A DNA stretch of 64,000 bases, taken from IMG/VR virus record IMGVR_UViG_3300025096_003663, positions 17,248-81,247 of that record. The stretch is one strand, 5' to 3'. Within the stretch, counting starts at the first letter, position 1. Each line of letters begins with the position of its first letter. The DNA is from a virus. The notes under the pieces were generated by a model. It had not been told where the DNA came from. It made no database searches and saw nothing but the letters and a program-made list of their open reading frames with translations. A program made the position numbers and the translations under genes. Below, piece after piece: positions 31,001 through 40,822 of the stretch.

Positions 31001-34000
31001 AACACATTCATCAACATCACTCGGGAACGAACTGAATACTCCGAAGTTGCCGGCACTGGAAGCAATGGCTATGACAGGATTTTCGGCAAACAAAGAACTT
31101 TCTATAAAGAAGACGAGATAAGAAATTCTAATGCTCCTAACTCACAGGGCTTCGCTCCTTCCGAAAATGTTATAGATTTCAGCTCTTCTTACGATTTCAG
31201 CGAAAACATCTCAACCAACTTCATTAACGACGATTCCAGCATCGTTCGGCTTGATGATACATTGGGTAGCAATGCTTTCTGCTTCGGCACAAATCCAGGC
31301 TCAAGCCCGTCAACCAGATTTTTACAGTGGAAAGACACTTTCTTGACATCAAGTGTGTCCTCGGATATTTCTCTGTCTTTTGAGATTACGAGAGGGACAT
31401 ACGGAACATTCGATGGAACAGTCACGCTAGAAGAACCTTCCTTCTTGCAGCCAGGTAAGGCAGTTTATGTACAATATAGGCTTTCAGATGGAGGAGCTTG
31501 GCAAACAGCAGATACGATACTTCCTGGCGACCTTACAGCAGGCAACTATTCTCTCACGGCTTCCTCTTTCGATCCTGGTGGACCTGCTTTTGTTAGAATT
31601 TCCCAAGAAGTATTTAGCGGACAGGGAACATCGAATGGCTACCAGTTTGATAACTATGCCATCAGAAATCTAAATATTACAGCTTCTACTGTCGATACAA
31701 ACAAGCCAGCTCTCAACTTTGACTCGATGGCAACAGACGGAATAAAATCTTTTCCAGAAAGTGCCTCTTATAGGGATTATAACGGAGAATTGATGCAGGA
31801 TTCAGACGAGACTATGTTCTCCACGAGCCCGCTTCCGTCACTATCCTATTTGGAACTCTATAATATAAAAGTCAATCAGTCAAGCAGCGGCTATGTCGAG
31901 CGACTAACAGAACAAATTGCTGGCGAGAACTCTTGGTATAATACATACAATGATTATGCTGTCGATGTAAGACCCCACACAAAGAATAAGAGCATAGTCC
32001 CAGAGTTCAGGATGTCAGATCACATCCCATACTACATTGTTGATAAGGGTAATGATTTCAGAGCCCCAAATAAGAAAATACTATCTCTCAACGGAGCATC
32101 CATCACATCAAGTGCTGAATCAGTGTCTTCGGAACTCTTTGATAACAACTTTGTTACAAAGTATGTTCAGTCATCGAATACAGCACGATTCGCCAGCATG
32201 ACAGATGAGCACGAAGATGTAGCCAGTGTCAGCAATGTAAGCTTTACTTGTAAAGGAATAAAGAAACTTCTTCCCTACAACGGATTCTACCCCAAAGACA
32301 GAACGGTTCAGATCGGAAACCTGCTTAGCGAATCCTTGTCCACGAATGTCGAAGGCACATACGAAGGAGTGGAAGGATCCTTTCCAAAACAAGGCTGGCA
32401 AGGCATCCTCAAGCCACTTATGTCGCCAGGCATTCTTTACAACTCGATCAAATCAGGCATCGCTGTTGACTACCCGATTTACACAGGAAGTATTCCAGGG
32501 CTTGTAGCGGGCGATAATACACCATCTGATTTCAGACTCGATGTTGGACCAAACTACCGCTTACCATTCGAAACACTCGTCGATGTAAAAGGAAATCTCC
32601 CAGAAGGAACGGAAAACCCAATCAGATTGGTATCCGCCTTTGTTACTGACGAATCAGATTTCAACACCGATCAACTGTTCAACTACAAATCCGTATGGAA
32701 CGGGCAGAAGACAGACTTATTCGAACTTGGGATGCACAACTTCCTAGCCGAAACCGTTGACTTCTTTTTACCACAAAGCGGATTGAGCAACTTCAGGTCA
32801 CAACCAGAAAACGAATGGGATAGGTTCAAGGAAGGCACCTCATACTATATGGATATCGTTCTCCGAGATTCCGTCGAGATGAACAAGTTTATCGAATACT
32901 CAGGCAGCGGAGAAATAGTAGAGAACTTAAAATTTGGAGCTAGCGACGGGGAATTAGATGATCGATTTGGTATATCTGTTGACACCGTAGAGGGTTCTTC
33001 GGGAGAAGGTATCTATGCTTTAGTTGGATCCGTCATCGGCAAAATGTATCTTTTTCAGAATAGATTTGATACAACAGGCTGGAAACAGTTGGAAAGTATT
33101 GAAGTATCACCATTAGACACTCCTTATATGTCTGTATCGATTGCCTCTGGAACTGACGGCATCTATATGCTCGCCGGCAACAGTTTCGATAGCTCATTGC
33201 CTTATGCCGCCAATCAACAAGGAGCAGCATATTTATATCATTCATCCAGCACTGGAATTTCAAAGCAAGCTCTTTCAGCGAGCGATGGAGCAAGCTTTAC
33301 GATGCCAAGGTTTGGGACATCGGTATCAGTAGCATCTGGGACAGACGGCATCTATGCTCTGGTTGGTCAACCAAGGGACATTGGCGGTACCATGAATGCT
33401 GGTGCGGCTTACCTTTTCCACAGCAAGAGTAGCGAACCATTTTATATAGATAGGCTTGGACTCACGAACCAGAAATGGCAGACAAAAATAACATCAAGCG
33501 ATGTTGGCTCGATAGATCTTTTTGGACAATCAGTTTCTGTTGCCTATGGTAGCGACACTGCCTATATGTTGATTGGCTCAACAGGAGATGCCGATGGCGG
33601 ATCAGGAGCAGGAGCGGCTTATCTCTTTCACAGTAAAAGCGGCACACCATTTTATGTTGATAATACTGGTCTAACAAACCAAGAGTGGCAGACAAAGATT
33701 ACGGCAAGCGATTCGACGGCAGGCACGAATCTAGGAGATTCAGTATCTATTGTTTCCGGCACCGACGCATTATATATGGCAGTCGGCGGAACTGACGAGT
33801 CTACCATAGCTTCTGATGCCGGGGCAGCATATCTTTTCCATAGTCAAAGTGGAATTCCGTTTTACATTGATAGCACTGGTCTGACAAATCAAGAATGGCA
33901 GACAAAACTAACAGCTAGCGATGCCGCTGCAGACGATAACTTCGGCAACTCAATATCTAATGTAGTTGGTGCCGAAGGGATATACACTCTCGTTGGAACT

Positions 34001-35674
34001 CGACTTGGCTCTTCTTCTCTCGGCGAAGATGCTGGCAAGTCATATATCTACCATAGCCGAAGTTTGGGTGTTTCAGAGCAAATAATGAGTGCTTCGGACG
34101 GACTTCCTTATCAATATTTTGGAACCTCAGTCTCCTTGATCAGCTCTTCGATTTTGCCGGATGAATTATACTCAACAATGGGAGCGTCAACAGCATCTTT
34201 CGCTGTCTCTGGATCCGGAGCGGGATATATGTTCGCTGGAACATTCGGCTCTCTGTCTGGCACAATCGGCATTCAAAATGTCCAACAAGATTACAGGCAG
34301 CACGGTAAGCTATTCGGCTTACCGCTAGAAGATGCTTACGATCCAGCTTATGCCGCTTACACCCCGCCAATGTTTTATGGCGAGGCAGTAGCAAGAATAA
34401 AGTTCACCCCAACCGTAACTGACAACTACACACTTGATGAGATCATAGAACAGGCGACGGTAGAAGAAATAATAACTGTTGACTCAAATCGAGTAGCTAC
34501 AGTGAACGGCTTTGTAAAATCACTTACGACATTACAAGAGCAAAACAGAATGCCCGTCAGCTCATCAGTCAACTTATTCGGAAAGTATTTCGAGAAAGGG
34601 GCAACTTGGAATGCCGAATCGGGACAAGCAACAACTATCGACGGTGCTACAGCCCAGCCATCATGGGTCGTATCAACCAAGTTTGAAAGCCCAGTTTTGG
34701 ATGTTTCTAGTAGCAAATACAACGATCTTTATTCGGCTCACCTCCCTGATGCTGATATGGCGACAAACTTCAATTTCTACCCAGGCGAGATAAACAGAAC
34801 AAACCCAAGAACAATGTGGACAAGCTACGGCAAAACTCCAACTGGAACAAAAGCTGTTACATTGGAACTGAGAGAATCATTTCCCCACAAAGTGCTGGGA
34901 CGAGCAAGTGCTACGACTGGCTCCCTAATGAGGCAATGTAAGTTCGATAAGGGAGTGACGAAGAAGGTCGGCACCGTCCGAGGCACCAAGGAGATCAGCG
35001 AAGCTATCGTTATGATTCCTTACTTGGACAAGGCAGTAAAGCATGTAACCACTCAGGTCGAGGGCTACAACCTCATTCGACTGAATAGGTCGATATACAA
35101 TATCCAGAAGAAAAACTTTGAGAAAGAAGGTATAGCAATAAAGACAGCCGCTCGCCGAAATAACGAACAGATCGAGAGCACTACATTTACAGATATGTTC
35201 CAGGCAATGGAGAACTACAATGTGCCTCCAAATATGGATTTCCTGAAGTATGACGACATTGCCCCGTTCGCTATGTATTTTTTCGAGTTCAACCAAACAC
35301 TAGACCAGGATGATCTAACGGACATCTGGCAAGGGACTATGCCAAAGGCAGCCCTAAAGGTGGAGAAGGACGAGGTAACGATAGAACATCAAGTAGATCC
35401 GTATGAGTTCTTTGGATACATAAAGGACCAAACATTGATCGGGCAGATGAAGTTTTTCACCTTCAAAGTAAAGAAGAAGGCAAAACAAAATTATTATGAG
35501 ATAACCAAGGATGCCACAGACGATAGTAGATTTAGATTTACATTCTCCAGCGATCCTGAAGCAACAGCAGTCCCACCACAGGGAAGCTATAACTGGCCGT
35601 ATGATTATTTCTCTCTTGTAGAAGGAATTGACATCGAAGCAAAATATACTTTGAAAAATGAGGATGAGGGGTAA
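28037..35674 (+). CDS. Giant (2545 aa) virion protein with two FG-GAP beta-propellers and a reelin-like domain
   Basis: Two blocks of seven KLTASD..FG.SVS..VGA..GAAYLY repeats. Confidence 0.8.
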   Translation: MTDSFLKIAPFQLFSSSVDTGYNAEISASFKPGIDITNMKTDRYSDLNDAPMQGPFTEKYVGGSQYRHVPLNDGNDTPLTRPELYNITMTSSVLKVIGPDNIDVNRARAPYFRDGFSKRPVNIANIHTTGSDVGNYQHDYQVVQTVSRTTNNRAFTEATGSGFAQYLTTQFVSGAKDPNRTLPDFDIDGKNEFVFVNRFNAPGGTQVSSRGVLDTYAEEYAPANDINTRNYTVRSQLRSDLARHTPKAGTGIPTQYHNDNRNPKIDFTKDPIIVPDRYASRILTERKLTASDASTDDVYGYAVSMVSGSDGIYILVGARENDSSDTNNGAAYIYQVTNSGILSEQKLTASDGSPQTNQLFGTSVSITSGTDGIYAIVGALGDDEAGTYDGAAYIYHSTSAGVLTEQKLTASDPPLSNYRYFGNSVSIASGTDGIYLSVGAIGDDEAGSNDGGAYLYHSTSAGILTELKLTASDAPTSAARNFGNSVSVASGTDGIYISVGAYGDSEVGPDYGAAYLYHSTSAGPLTELKLTASDAGSSATPRFGTSTSIASGTDGIYLLVGARGDDEVGLNDGAAYLYHSTSAGPLTELKLTASDEPASDARNFGNSVSVASGTDGIYSLVGADLEPDDVGILQGAAYIYHSTATALIAQKVTPSDGSESIAQRFGSSVSIVLTTNQVGASDVYVLAGASGDDVGPGGTDAGAAYLYSGSNSQLRYSSEYSQSYDNGFITHAIPRSDLKYRWIQASALTTEAELPGYQHSSPTPFGPYDDINYVLDSGNPALHNIIGDVVEPSRGDFIGISGTGLDKSGIDIQTTLGSINLLSKTAATIFNVYNGPYQYSSWNQVRNSYNPIVRQLVRESILSLANPQKTTTNSLGNQVFSKRSDGVTNYKEPVVSENAHPVEHNLLVRPDLTSQETIPSSLKYSFANNLSSFTRQSIVNKANIQQQNQSSMYDDIKDYYLESQPGGDNPVEKLLDIKYSQGLYPAVANTFINITRERTEYSEVAGTGSNGYDRIFGKQRTFYKEDEIRNSNAPNSQGFAPSENVIDFSSSYDFSENISTNFINDDSSIVRLDDTLGSNAFCFGTNPGSSPSTRFLQWKDTFLTSSVSSDISLSFEITRGTYGTFDGTVTLEEPSFLQPGKAVYVQYRLSDGGAWQTADTILPGDLTAGNYSLTASSFDPGGPAFVRISQEVFSGQGTSNGYQFDNYAIRNLNITASTVDTNKPALNFDSMATDGIKSFPESASYRDYNGELMQDSDETMFSTSPLPSLSYLELYNIKVNQSSSGYVERLTEQIAGENSWYNTYNDYAVDVRPHTKNKSIVPEFRMSDHIPYYIVDKGNDFRAPNKKILSLNGASITSSAESVSSELFDNNFVTKYVQSSNTARFASMTDEHEDVASVSNVSFTCKGIKKLLPYNGFYPKDRTVQIGNLLSESLSTNVEGTYEGVEGSFPKQGWQGILKPLMSPGILYNSIKSGIAVDYPIYTGSIPGLVAGDNTPSDFRLDVGPNYRLPFETLVDVKGNLPEGTENPIRLVSAFVTDESDFNTDQLFNYKSVWNGQKTDLFELGMHNFLAETVDFFLPQSGLSNFRSQPENEWDRFKEGTSYYMDIVLRDSVEMNKFIEYSGSGEIVENLKFGASDGELDDRFGISVDTVEGSSGEGIYALVGSVIGKMYLFQNRFDTTGWKQLESIEVSPLDTPYMSVSIASGTDGIYMLAGNSFDSSLPYAANQQGAAYLYHSSSTGISKQALSASDGASFTMPRFGTSVSVASGTDGIYALVGQPRDIGGTMNAGAAYLFHSKSSEPFYIDRLGLTNQKWQTKITSSDVGSIDLFGQSVSVAYGSDTAYMLIGSTGDADGGSGAGAAYLFHSKSGTPFYVDNTGLTNQEWQTKITASDSTAGTNLGDSVSIVSGTDALYMAVGGTDESTIASDAGAAYLFHSQSGIPFYIDSTGLTNQEWQTKLTASDAAADDNFGNSISNVVGAEGIYTLVGTRLGSSSLGEDAGKSYIYHSRSLGVSEQIMSASDGLPYQYFGTSVSLISSSILPDELYSTMGASTASFAVSGSGAGYMFAGTFGSLSGTIGIQNVQQDYRQHGKLFGLPLEDAYDPAYAAYTPPMFYGEAVARIKFTPTVTDNYTLDEIIEQATVEEIITVDSNRVATVNGFVKSLTTLQEQNRMPVSSSVNLFGKYFEKGATWNAESGQATTIDGATAQPSWVVSTKFESPVLDVSSSKYNDLYSAHLPDADMATNFNFYPGEINRTNPRTMWTSYGKTPTGTKAVTLELRESFPHKVLGRASATTGSLMRQCKFDKGVTKKVGTVRGTKEISEAIVMIPYLDKAVKHVTTQVEGYNLIRLNRSIYNIQKKNFEKEGIAIKTAARRNNEQIESTTFTDMFQAMENYNVPPNMDFLKYDDIAPFAMYFFEFNQTLDQDDLTDIWQGTMPKAALKVEKDEVTIEHQVDPYEFFGYIKDQTLIGQMKFFTFKVKKKAKQNYYEITKDATDDSRFRFTFSSDPEATAVPPQGSYNWPYDYFSLVEGIDIEAKYTLKNEDEG
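28885..30165 (+). repeat. FG-GAP repeat block 1 (7 units, mostly 183 bp)
   Basis: Recurrent ctaacagctagcgat; near-identical stretches at 29471/29837 and 29588/29771. Confidence 0.9.
32921..34240 (+). repeat. FG-GAP repeat block 2 (7 units; three carry a PFY.D..GLTNQ.WQ insert)
   Basis: Protein-level repeats in the ORF translation. Confidence 0.85.
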
Positions 35675-35683
35675 TTAATATAA

Positions 35684-36784
35684 ATGACGTTCTTTGATCC
35701 GAAAGAAGATGTAATCGATATAGAGTTCACTCAGTTTGGCAAACACATGTTAGCTAAAGGGAAGTGGAATCCGGTATACTATGCCTTTTATGACGACGAT
35801 ATCATTTACGATTCAGAGTATGCCGGAGTCACCGAAAGCCAGAACGACATACAATCCAGAATAACTGGAAGTGCCAGGGCAAAAAATCAATATGTCTTTA
35901 GTGGCATCGAGACAGAAATCAAGAAGCTGATGGATGACCTCCCATACGGAGACAATGAGAAAGACAAGATAAGCCTCCAGGCGACAGACGATAGAGAATA
36001 TTCATTGAGCTATCCTCTCGGCAGAAGCGACATTGGAAAAGAAAAATATCCAGCTTGGTCAATAACCTTCCTCAAAGGCGAACTGAGCAGCTCACTACCA
36101 TACAGCACTTCCTCTCTCGGAACAGTGCCTCGAATCCACCTCTTCGCCAAGAATGTAGAGTTCAATACTGAAGTTAGAAACAAATTTGCCGATACAGCCG
36201 ACACAGCCGAGGATTGCCCGACCGGCTCAGCGGTGGAATCAAGTTTGAGCCAAATAGGCGAGTCTGGAAATGATATGGTTGAGCCATCTGATCTAGTTTT
36301 TGCAAACAAAGTTTACGAAGACGGAACTTACATAAACATCGTAGAAGATTATCTTTTGATGGAAATGTTGGAAAAGAACACTCCTTTCGACGAGAAAAAT
36401 GTTGATATTGAGGTATTCTTATACGAGAATAATCTCAAGACAGGCAAGGAAGTTCTCACTCCACTAAAATTCAAGAAAAAGAAACCTTCGGTAGTAGACG
36501 GCATCTTAATAGATGAAGCAGACGAAGACAGAGAACAACAAGCAGAACTAACACCAGATTGTGTAGAATACTTTTTCAACATAAGAGTGGACGATGAAAT
36601 TCCAGAGGATGTCCTTTGCCGAGCAGTTAAGAAGCGCCGAGATCTTGGACTCTATGCTCCGCCGGTCGTATGTCCAGAGGAATTTGCTCCACTCTCACCC
36701 CCCGACGGTCCCTGTCCTCCAACCACTCAGAGCTGCCCAGATCCTGTTGAGCCAACTTGTGATGATATAGAGGAGGAAGAATAA
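35684..36784 (+). CDS. Virion structural protein; N-terminus paralogous to 43089..44027
   Basis: FFD..D.I...T..G...LA.G....AF.DD.I.Y motif; Cys/Pro/acidic tail. Confidence 0.65.
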   Translation: MTFFDPKEDVIDIEFTQFGKHMLAKGKWNPVYYAFYDDDIIYDSEYAGVTESQNDIQSRITGSARAKNQYVFSGIETEIKKLMDDLPYGDNEKDKISLQATDDREYSLSYPLGRSDIGKEKYPAWSITFLKGELSSSLPYSTSSLGTVPRIHLFAKNVEFNTEVRNKFADTADTAEDCPTGSAVESSLSQIGESGNDMVEPSDLVFANKVYEDGTYINIVEDYLLMEMLEKNTPFDEKNVDIEVFLYENNLKTGKEVLTPLKFKKKKPSVVDGILIDEADEDREQQAELTPDCVEYFFNIRVDDEIPEDVLCRAVKKRRDLGLYAPPVVCPEEFAPLSPPDGPCPPTTQSCPDPVEPTCDDIEEEE

Positions 36785-36787
36785 TAG

Positions 36788-39700
36788 ATGTTGAGTATAG
36801 AAGCAATAAAAAGCACAGTTCCTGTTGCAAATATTAAGTCCATTATCTTACAAAACCCCTCGTCTACAGTGGGATCAGGCACGGGGATGGTAGTTCGAGT
36901 AAAGGCAACAGCCATTACAACAGCTAACGAATTGGGTTTTGATACTTCAGCCTCCACAGCATTTTTGTCGGTACCAAAATTAGAATTTAATTCACACCTC
37001 GGAGTAGCACTAATCCAAAGCACTAGTACCAAACTCACCTCTCTCCTTCAATCCTTTGGAACGAACCTTTTGAAATATATAGGACCGGCTAATCAGTGGA
37101 AAGGTAATGCCGCCTTTGATAGTTTTTTGAGTCATAAACTTGGCAACTCTGTGGCGATTCCTGACTTTAAAGCAAAGTTTATGGAGGTGATACATCAGCC
37201 TCTTTTCGGCAATATCGAGTCTCCGATTTTGGAGAAAATAGACAACAACGGACAAACAATCAAAACAGTCCCATTAGAATTCGAGTTTAGTGTAGATAAG
37301 CAAACCCCCACTCATTTAACTTATTTTATTGTAAGCTTTTTAGATATTAACGGAATTGTGGAAGAAGTAAATTCACAGTCTCCCTTTCCTGACTCCGATG
37401 GAGCTCCCACTCTAGGATTGAACACAGTCGATTTGGAAAATCTCACAGGACTTTCATCTCCAGTAAAAAATGACACTATCTTTCAAGCAGGCATACTCTC
37501 TGGACACACTTCCTTTTTTCAACTTCCGAATGGAAAATTTTGGACGGGTCCGGTAGAGAAAGAGGGCGGTACTTACCAAACAGATACCAAAATTCCTCTT
37601 ACTGTCCGAGAAGCTAGAAATGTGAAGATTCAAGATTTTAGAAATCTTGAGCCGCTTGAAGCGGTAGAAGTAATGAGCGATTTCACAGGAGAGAAAGAAC
37701 AACTACGACTTATCTTGGAGAACTTCAAGCCTCGGATTAGGACTCTTGATCCATCTCGAAACAAGCCTCACCCATATATTAGCGAATTATTTTCATCTAT
37801 CGGTGTCCACAACAAAGTAAATCTCATGTTTATGATAAATTTTGAAGATATGTTGTTTAGCAACTCGATATATGGCGAACTGTGGAAGACAGTATATGCT
37901 GATATAAAACAGCAGATTTTTGAATTTTCGGCGATAAAATCGCTTAGGGTTTATCGTCAGCAAGTAGAGGAAGAGAAAGGCACTAATTCCATAGGTTCGC
38001 CAGTTCAGAGACTAACACCAGTTCAAGGAACATTTCCGGAACTCATTGCTGTGTCCGGGCAAAGCCAAAACTCTTCGACACTCACAGAAGTTGCCAATTT
38101 TAAAGAAGAGACTAAAATGACACTATCGGAAGGAACCAGTATTAGGTGCTTTAGTATCACTGACAGCTCCATTCCTGAATCATCGATTTCACAGTATCGT
38201 TATTATGTAGAAATGGATTTGTATGATGGATCGTCAGATTTCCTGAAGTCGAAGGTGCAAGTTTTACAGAAATTCCTATATACACTGGAAAATTATCTTT
38301 CGGATATAATGAACTCTACTCTCCGAAATGACAGCGCCGCCGGAGACGATCAGCTTCGAAGAGAGGGATACAGCCCACAGTTTGGCAACCTTACAGAAGG
38401 CTTCGCTACGAAGATGAGGGGAAAATATCAAACTCGGCTAAAGGCAGGTGTTGCAAGCTTCTTAGAGGTCATATCCCTCTTCACACCTGATAATACACCG
38501 AGTAATACTGAGTTAGACGAAGTAGGCTTTTCCGTATCCGCCACTCAAGAGTTTATGAATATGATATTAAACCCTAGCCACACAAACCCAGAAAGCATCG
38601 GTGCTGCATTACAAATCGTCGCGACAACTATTTCCCAAATCCTGTCTTTTGTTGGCGAGGATTTAGCATCTCAAGACCCAGCCGCCATCCTACCAGCATC
38701 TTCTCCTCGGTCCACCTCAAAAAGATGCGCTATGATTTCTAAACAGTTTTCACAAGCAGTGGATATGAGGGAATTAAGCTCTGGAGGGTACGATTACCTT
38801 TCTTCAAATTTAGCTGTAGCAACATCCGAGCCCAACAATCTAGGTCTTCGAGACATAGGAGGTATTGCTTTTAGACAGAGAGTTCAATCGGAAACTTTAA
38901 AATACTATGTTCAGACACAACCAGATTTGACTACTGGACTAACATCTGACAAGAAAAGTTATGGAGGCACTGTTACTGTTGGGTACCGAGAAATGAGCTA
39001 TTTGTCACCATCCCAAGTATTCGTCGGTCCCACTACCGACAAAACCATCGATCTTCTCGGATTCCTCAAGACCAACGAAAGGGCAATAGTGTTAGAATCA
39101 CAAATAGTCAACAATACACTCAGCCAGAGAAACTCAGTTGTTGCCAGTACGGTACCAGATCAGTTTTCTGTTACCTTCAAGAAAGCCTGGGACAACAAGG
39201 AGCGAAAGTTTTCCCCACCACAGCAAGTGTCGTTTTTTGAAGAAAATATGAATCTAATAAAGACACCGCTACGACCACCCGGCGCCCCCGTCGTTAATGC
39301 CTCCCAATCCACAACCGAAGATGGTGAAGTGCTCGTGATCTTCGGAGGAGACGGCAAAACAAGGACAGCTCCAGCTTCCCTCTATCAGTCCTTGTTCAAT
39401 AAAAGGATGGCGAATACAGAACCAGACCGTGAAAAATATGATATAAATAATACCAGCAATTTTTTAGAGTCTATGACAACAGATCAGGTAAGGGACTTAC
39501 CAAATCAAATAAAGGCATTATTTCAATCAAGCACCGGAGCCCAATCAGAAGTGAACCCAACAAATAGGGCTGAGAAAAATCTTCTTAGCGATCCAAGCCT
39601 AAGTGCCATCTCGACATTTCGATATAAAATGATTGTTGAAATTCAGTGCCTGGTGCAATTCGACAAGCTGGATGGACGATATTCGCTCTCGTCGCCAATC

Positions 39701-40822
39701 TGGACAACACTAGACGAGAAGCTGTTTAGCTCTTTTGTCGATAAGAAAGTGCTTTGCCGTCTAGTAGAGTATTCGGCACCACCAGAATTTGGGTTGAATC
39801 ACCCGGAAGATTTGAAGATGCATGTGCATGATCGATATTTCACCCTCTCGCCAGATACTATGGTGACGAATCCGGTATCAGTTGGGGCAACAGAATCGAC
39901 ATCGTTTATCAACCACGATTACGAATTCGTGAATTCGGATTTTGACGGATCCCCTGAATTTGGAATGACATACTTACCCACCAGCCCCCCGAAGCCTGTC
40001 GATCCTAGGATTTTGAATGCCATAGATCGCCTTAAACACTTTACCAACAAGTTGAGCGAAAATTCAATCATGGATGCCTTTCATTCGATTCCAGGCAGCA
40101 CAAAGAAATCATCAACGAGCCCGAGTGACTCTATGCTTCGAACTGACGAGATTGCAATTTTGTCGGCAACTCAAAAAGCCACATCTGCTAAGCTGGCGAA
40201 GCTCAATAAGACAATTGACTCAACTCGGGGATTATTAAAGGCGAAAGAGAGAGAGGCATCGCTGACAACGGCTAACATAGTGTCCAATTCTTTCACCTCT
40301 TCGGAGAAAGCACAGCTCCAGCAAAAGAGTGTTTCGATAGCTCAAGAGATGAACTCGCTAAGGGTAAAACTAGCGAATGACGAGCAGCAGCAAAGCGCGG
40401 CAAAAGAGGCTCTAAACATAGCCAACAATAATGCCGAGTCTTTCTCTTCCGGCGGAAAGAGCTATACTTCGGTGGAAGATCCAAACAATGTCTCTCAGGT
40501 TGGTCCGCCTAATCAAACATTTACATCAACAGAACAGCTTATGACTGATTATGGCTTACTGATAAGCTCTATAGAGCATGACGCATCCCTGGGAATTGTC
40601 AAAGAAGAGAATATTGACAAACTTCAGAAGTATTCGGGCTACATTGCCGGGCAAGATGGCGACACCGAACAATTCTCAAATGAGATTGAAAGTATCAAGA
40701 TCTCATCCCAAGAGCCGGACACTGTTGTTAAGAATGCTGAAGAGTTACAGCAGAAAGAGCTCGTTACCTCTTCGGGCACCGTCGTCGGGAAGAATCAAAC
40801 TAATAGGGGTGTTAAGAAATGA
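36788..40822 (+). CDS. Large hypothetical virion protein with a C-terminal coiled coil
   Basis: 1344-aa ORF in the structural operon. Confidence 0.65.
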   Translation: MLSIEAIKSTVPVANIKSIILQNPSSTVGSGTGMVVRVKATAITTANELGFDTSASTAFLSVPKLEFNSHLGVALIQSTSTKLTSLLQSFGTNLLKYIGPANQWKGNAAFDSFLSHKLGNSVAIPDFKAKFMEVIHQPLFGNIESPILEKIDNNGQTIKTVPLEFEFSVDKQTPTHLTYFIVSFLDINGIVEEVNSQSPFPDSDGAPTLGLNTVDLENLTGLSSPVKNDTIFQAGILSGHTSFFQLPNGKFWTGPVEKEGGTYQTDTKIPLTVREARNVKIQDFRNLEPLEAVEVMSDFTGEKEQLRLILENFKPRIRTLDPSRNKPHPYISELFSSIGVHNKVNLMFMINFEDMLFSNSIYGELWKTVYADIKQQIFEFSAIKSLRVYRQQVEEEKGTNSIGSPVQRLTPVQGTFPELIAVSGQSQNSSTLTEVANFKEETKMTLSEGTSIRCFSITDSSIPESSISQYRYYVEMDLYDGSSDFLKSKVQVLQKFLYTLENYLSDIMNSTLRNDSAAGDDQLRREGYSPQFGNLTEGFATKMRGKYQTRLKAGVASFLEVISLFTPDNTPSNTELDEVGFSVSATQEFMNMILNPSHTNPESIGAALQIVATTISQILSFVGEDLASQDPAAILPASSPRSTSKRCAMISKQFSQAVDMRELSSGGYDYLSSNLAVATSEPNNLGLRDIGGIAFRQRVQSETLKYYVQTQPDLTTGLTSDKKSYGGTVTVGYREMSYLSPSQVFVGPTTDKTIDLLGFLKTNERAIVLESQIVNNTLSQRNSVVASTVPDQFSVTFKKAWDNKERKFSPPQQVSFFEENMNLIKTPLRPPGAPVVNASQSTTEDGEVLVIFGGDGKTRTAPASLYQSLFNKRMANTEPDREKYDINNTSNFLESMTTDQVRDLPNQIKALFQSSTGAQSEVNPTNRAEKNLLSDPSLSAISTFRYKMIVEIQCLVQFDKLDGRYSLSSPIWTTLDEKLFSSFVDKKVLCRLVEYSAPPEFGLNHPEDLKMHVHDRYFTLSPDTMVTNPVSVGATESTSFINHDYEFVNSDFDGSPEFGMTYLPTSPPKPVDPRILNAIDRLKHFTNKLSENSIMDAFHSIPGSTKKSSTSPSDSMLRTDEIAILSATQKATSAKLAKLNKTIDSTRGLLKAKEREASLTTANIVSNSFTSSEKAQLQQKSVSIAQEMNSLRVKLANDEQQQSAAKEALNIANNNAESFSSGGKSYTSVEDPNNVSQVGPPNQTFTSTEQLMTDYGLLISSIEHDASLGIVKEENIDKLQKYSGYIAGQDGDTEQFSNEIESIKISSQEPDTVVKNAEELQQKELVTSSGTVVGKNQTNRGVKK

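Noticed and set aside
28885-34240. CRISPR array
   Set aside because: The repeats are in-frame coding units of about 180-210 bp, not short repeat-spacer arrays
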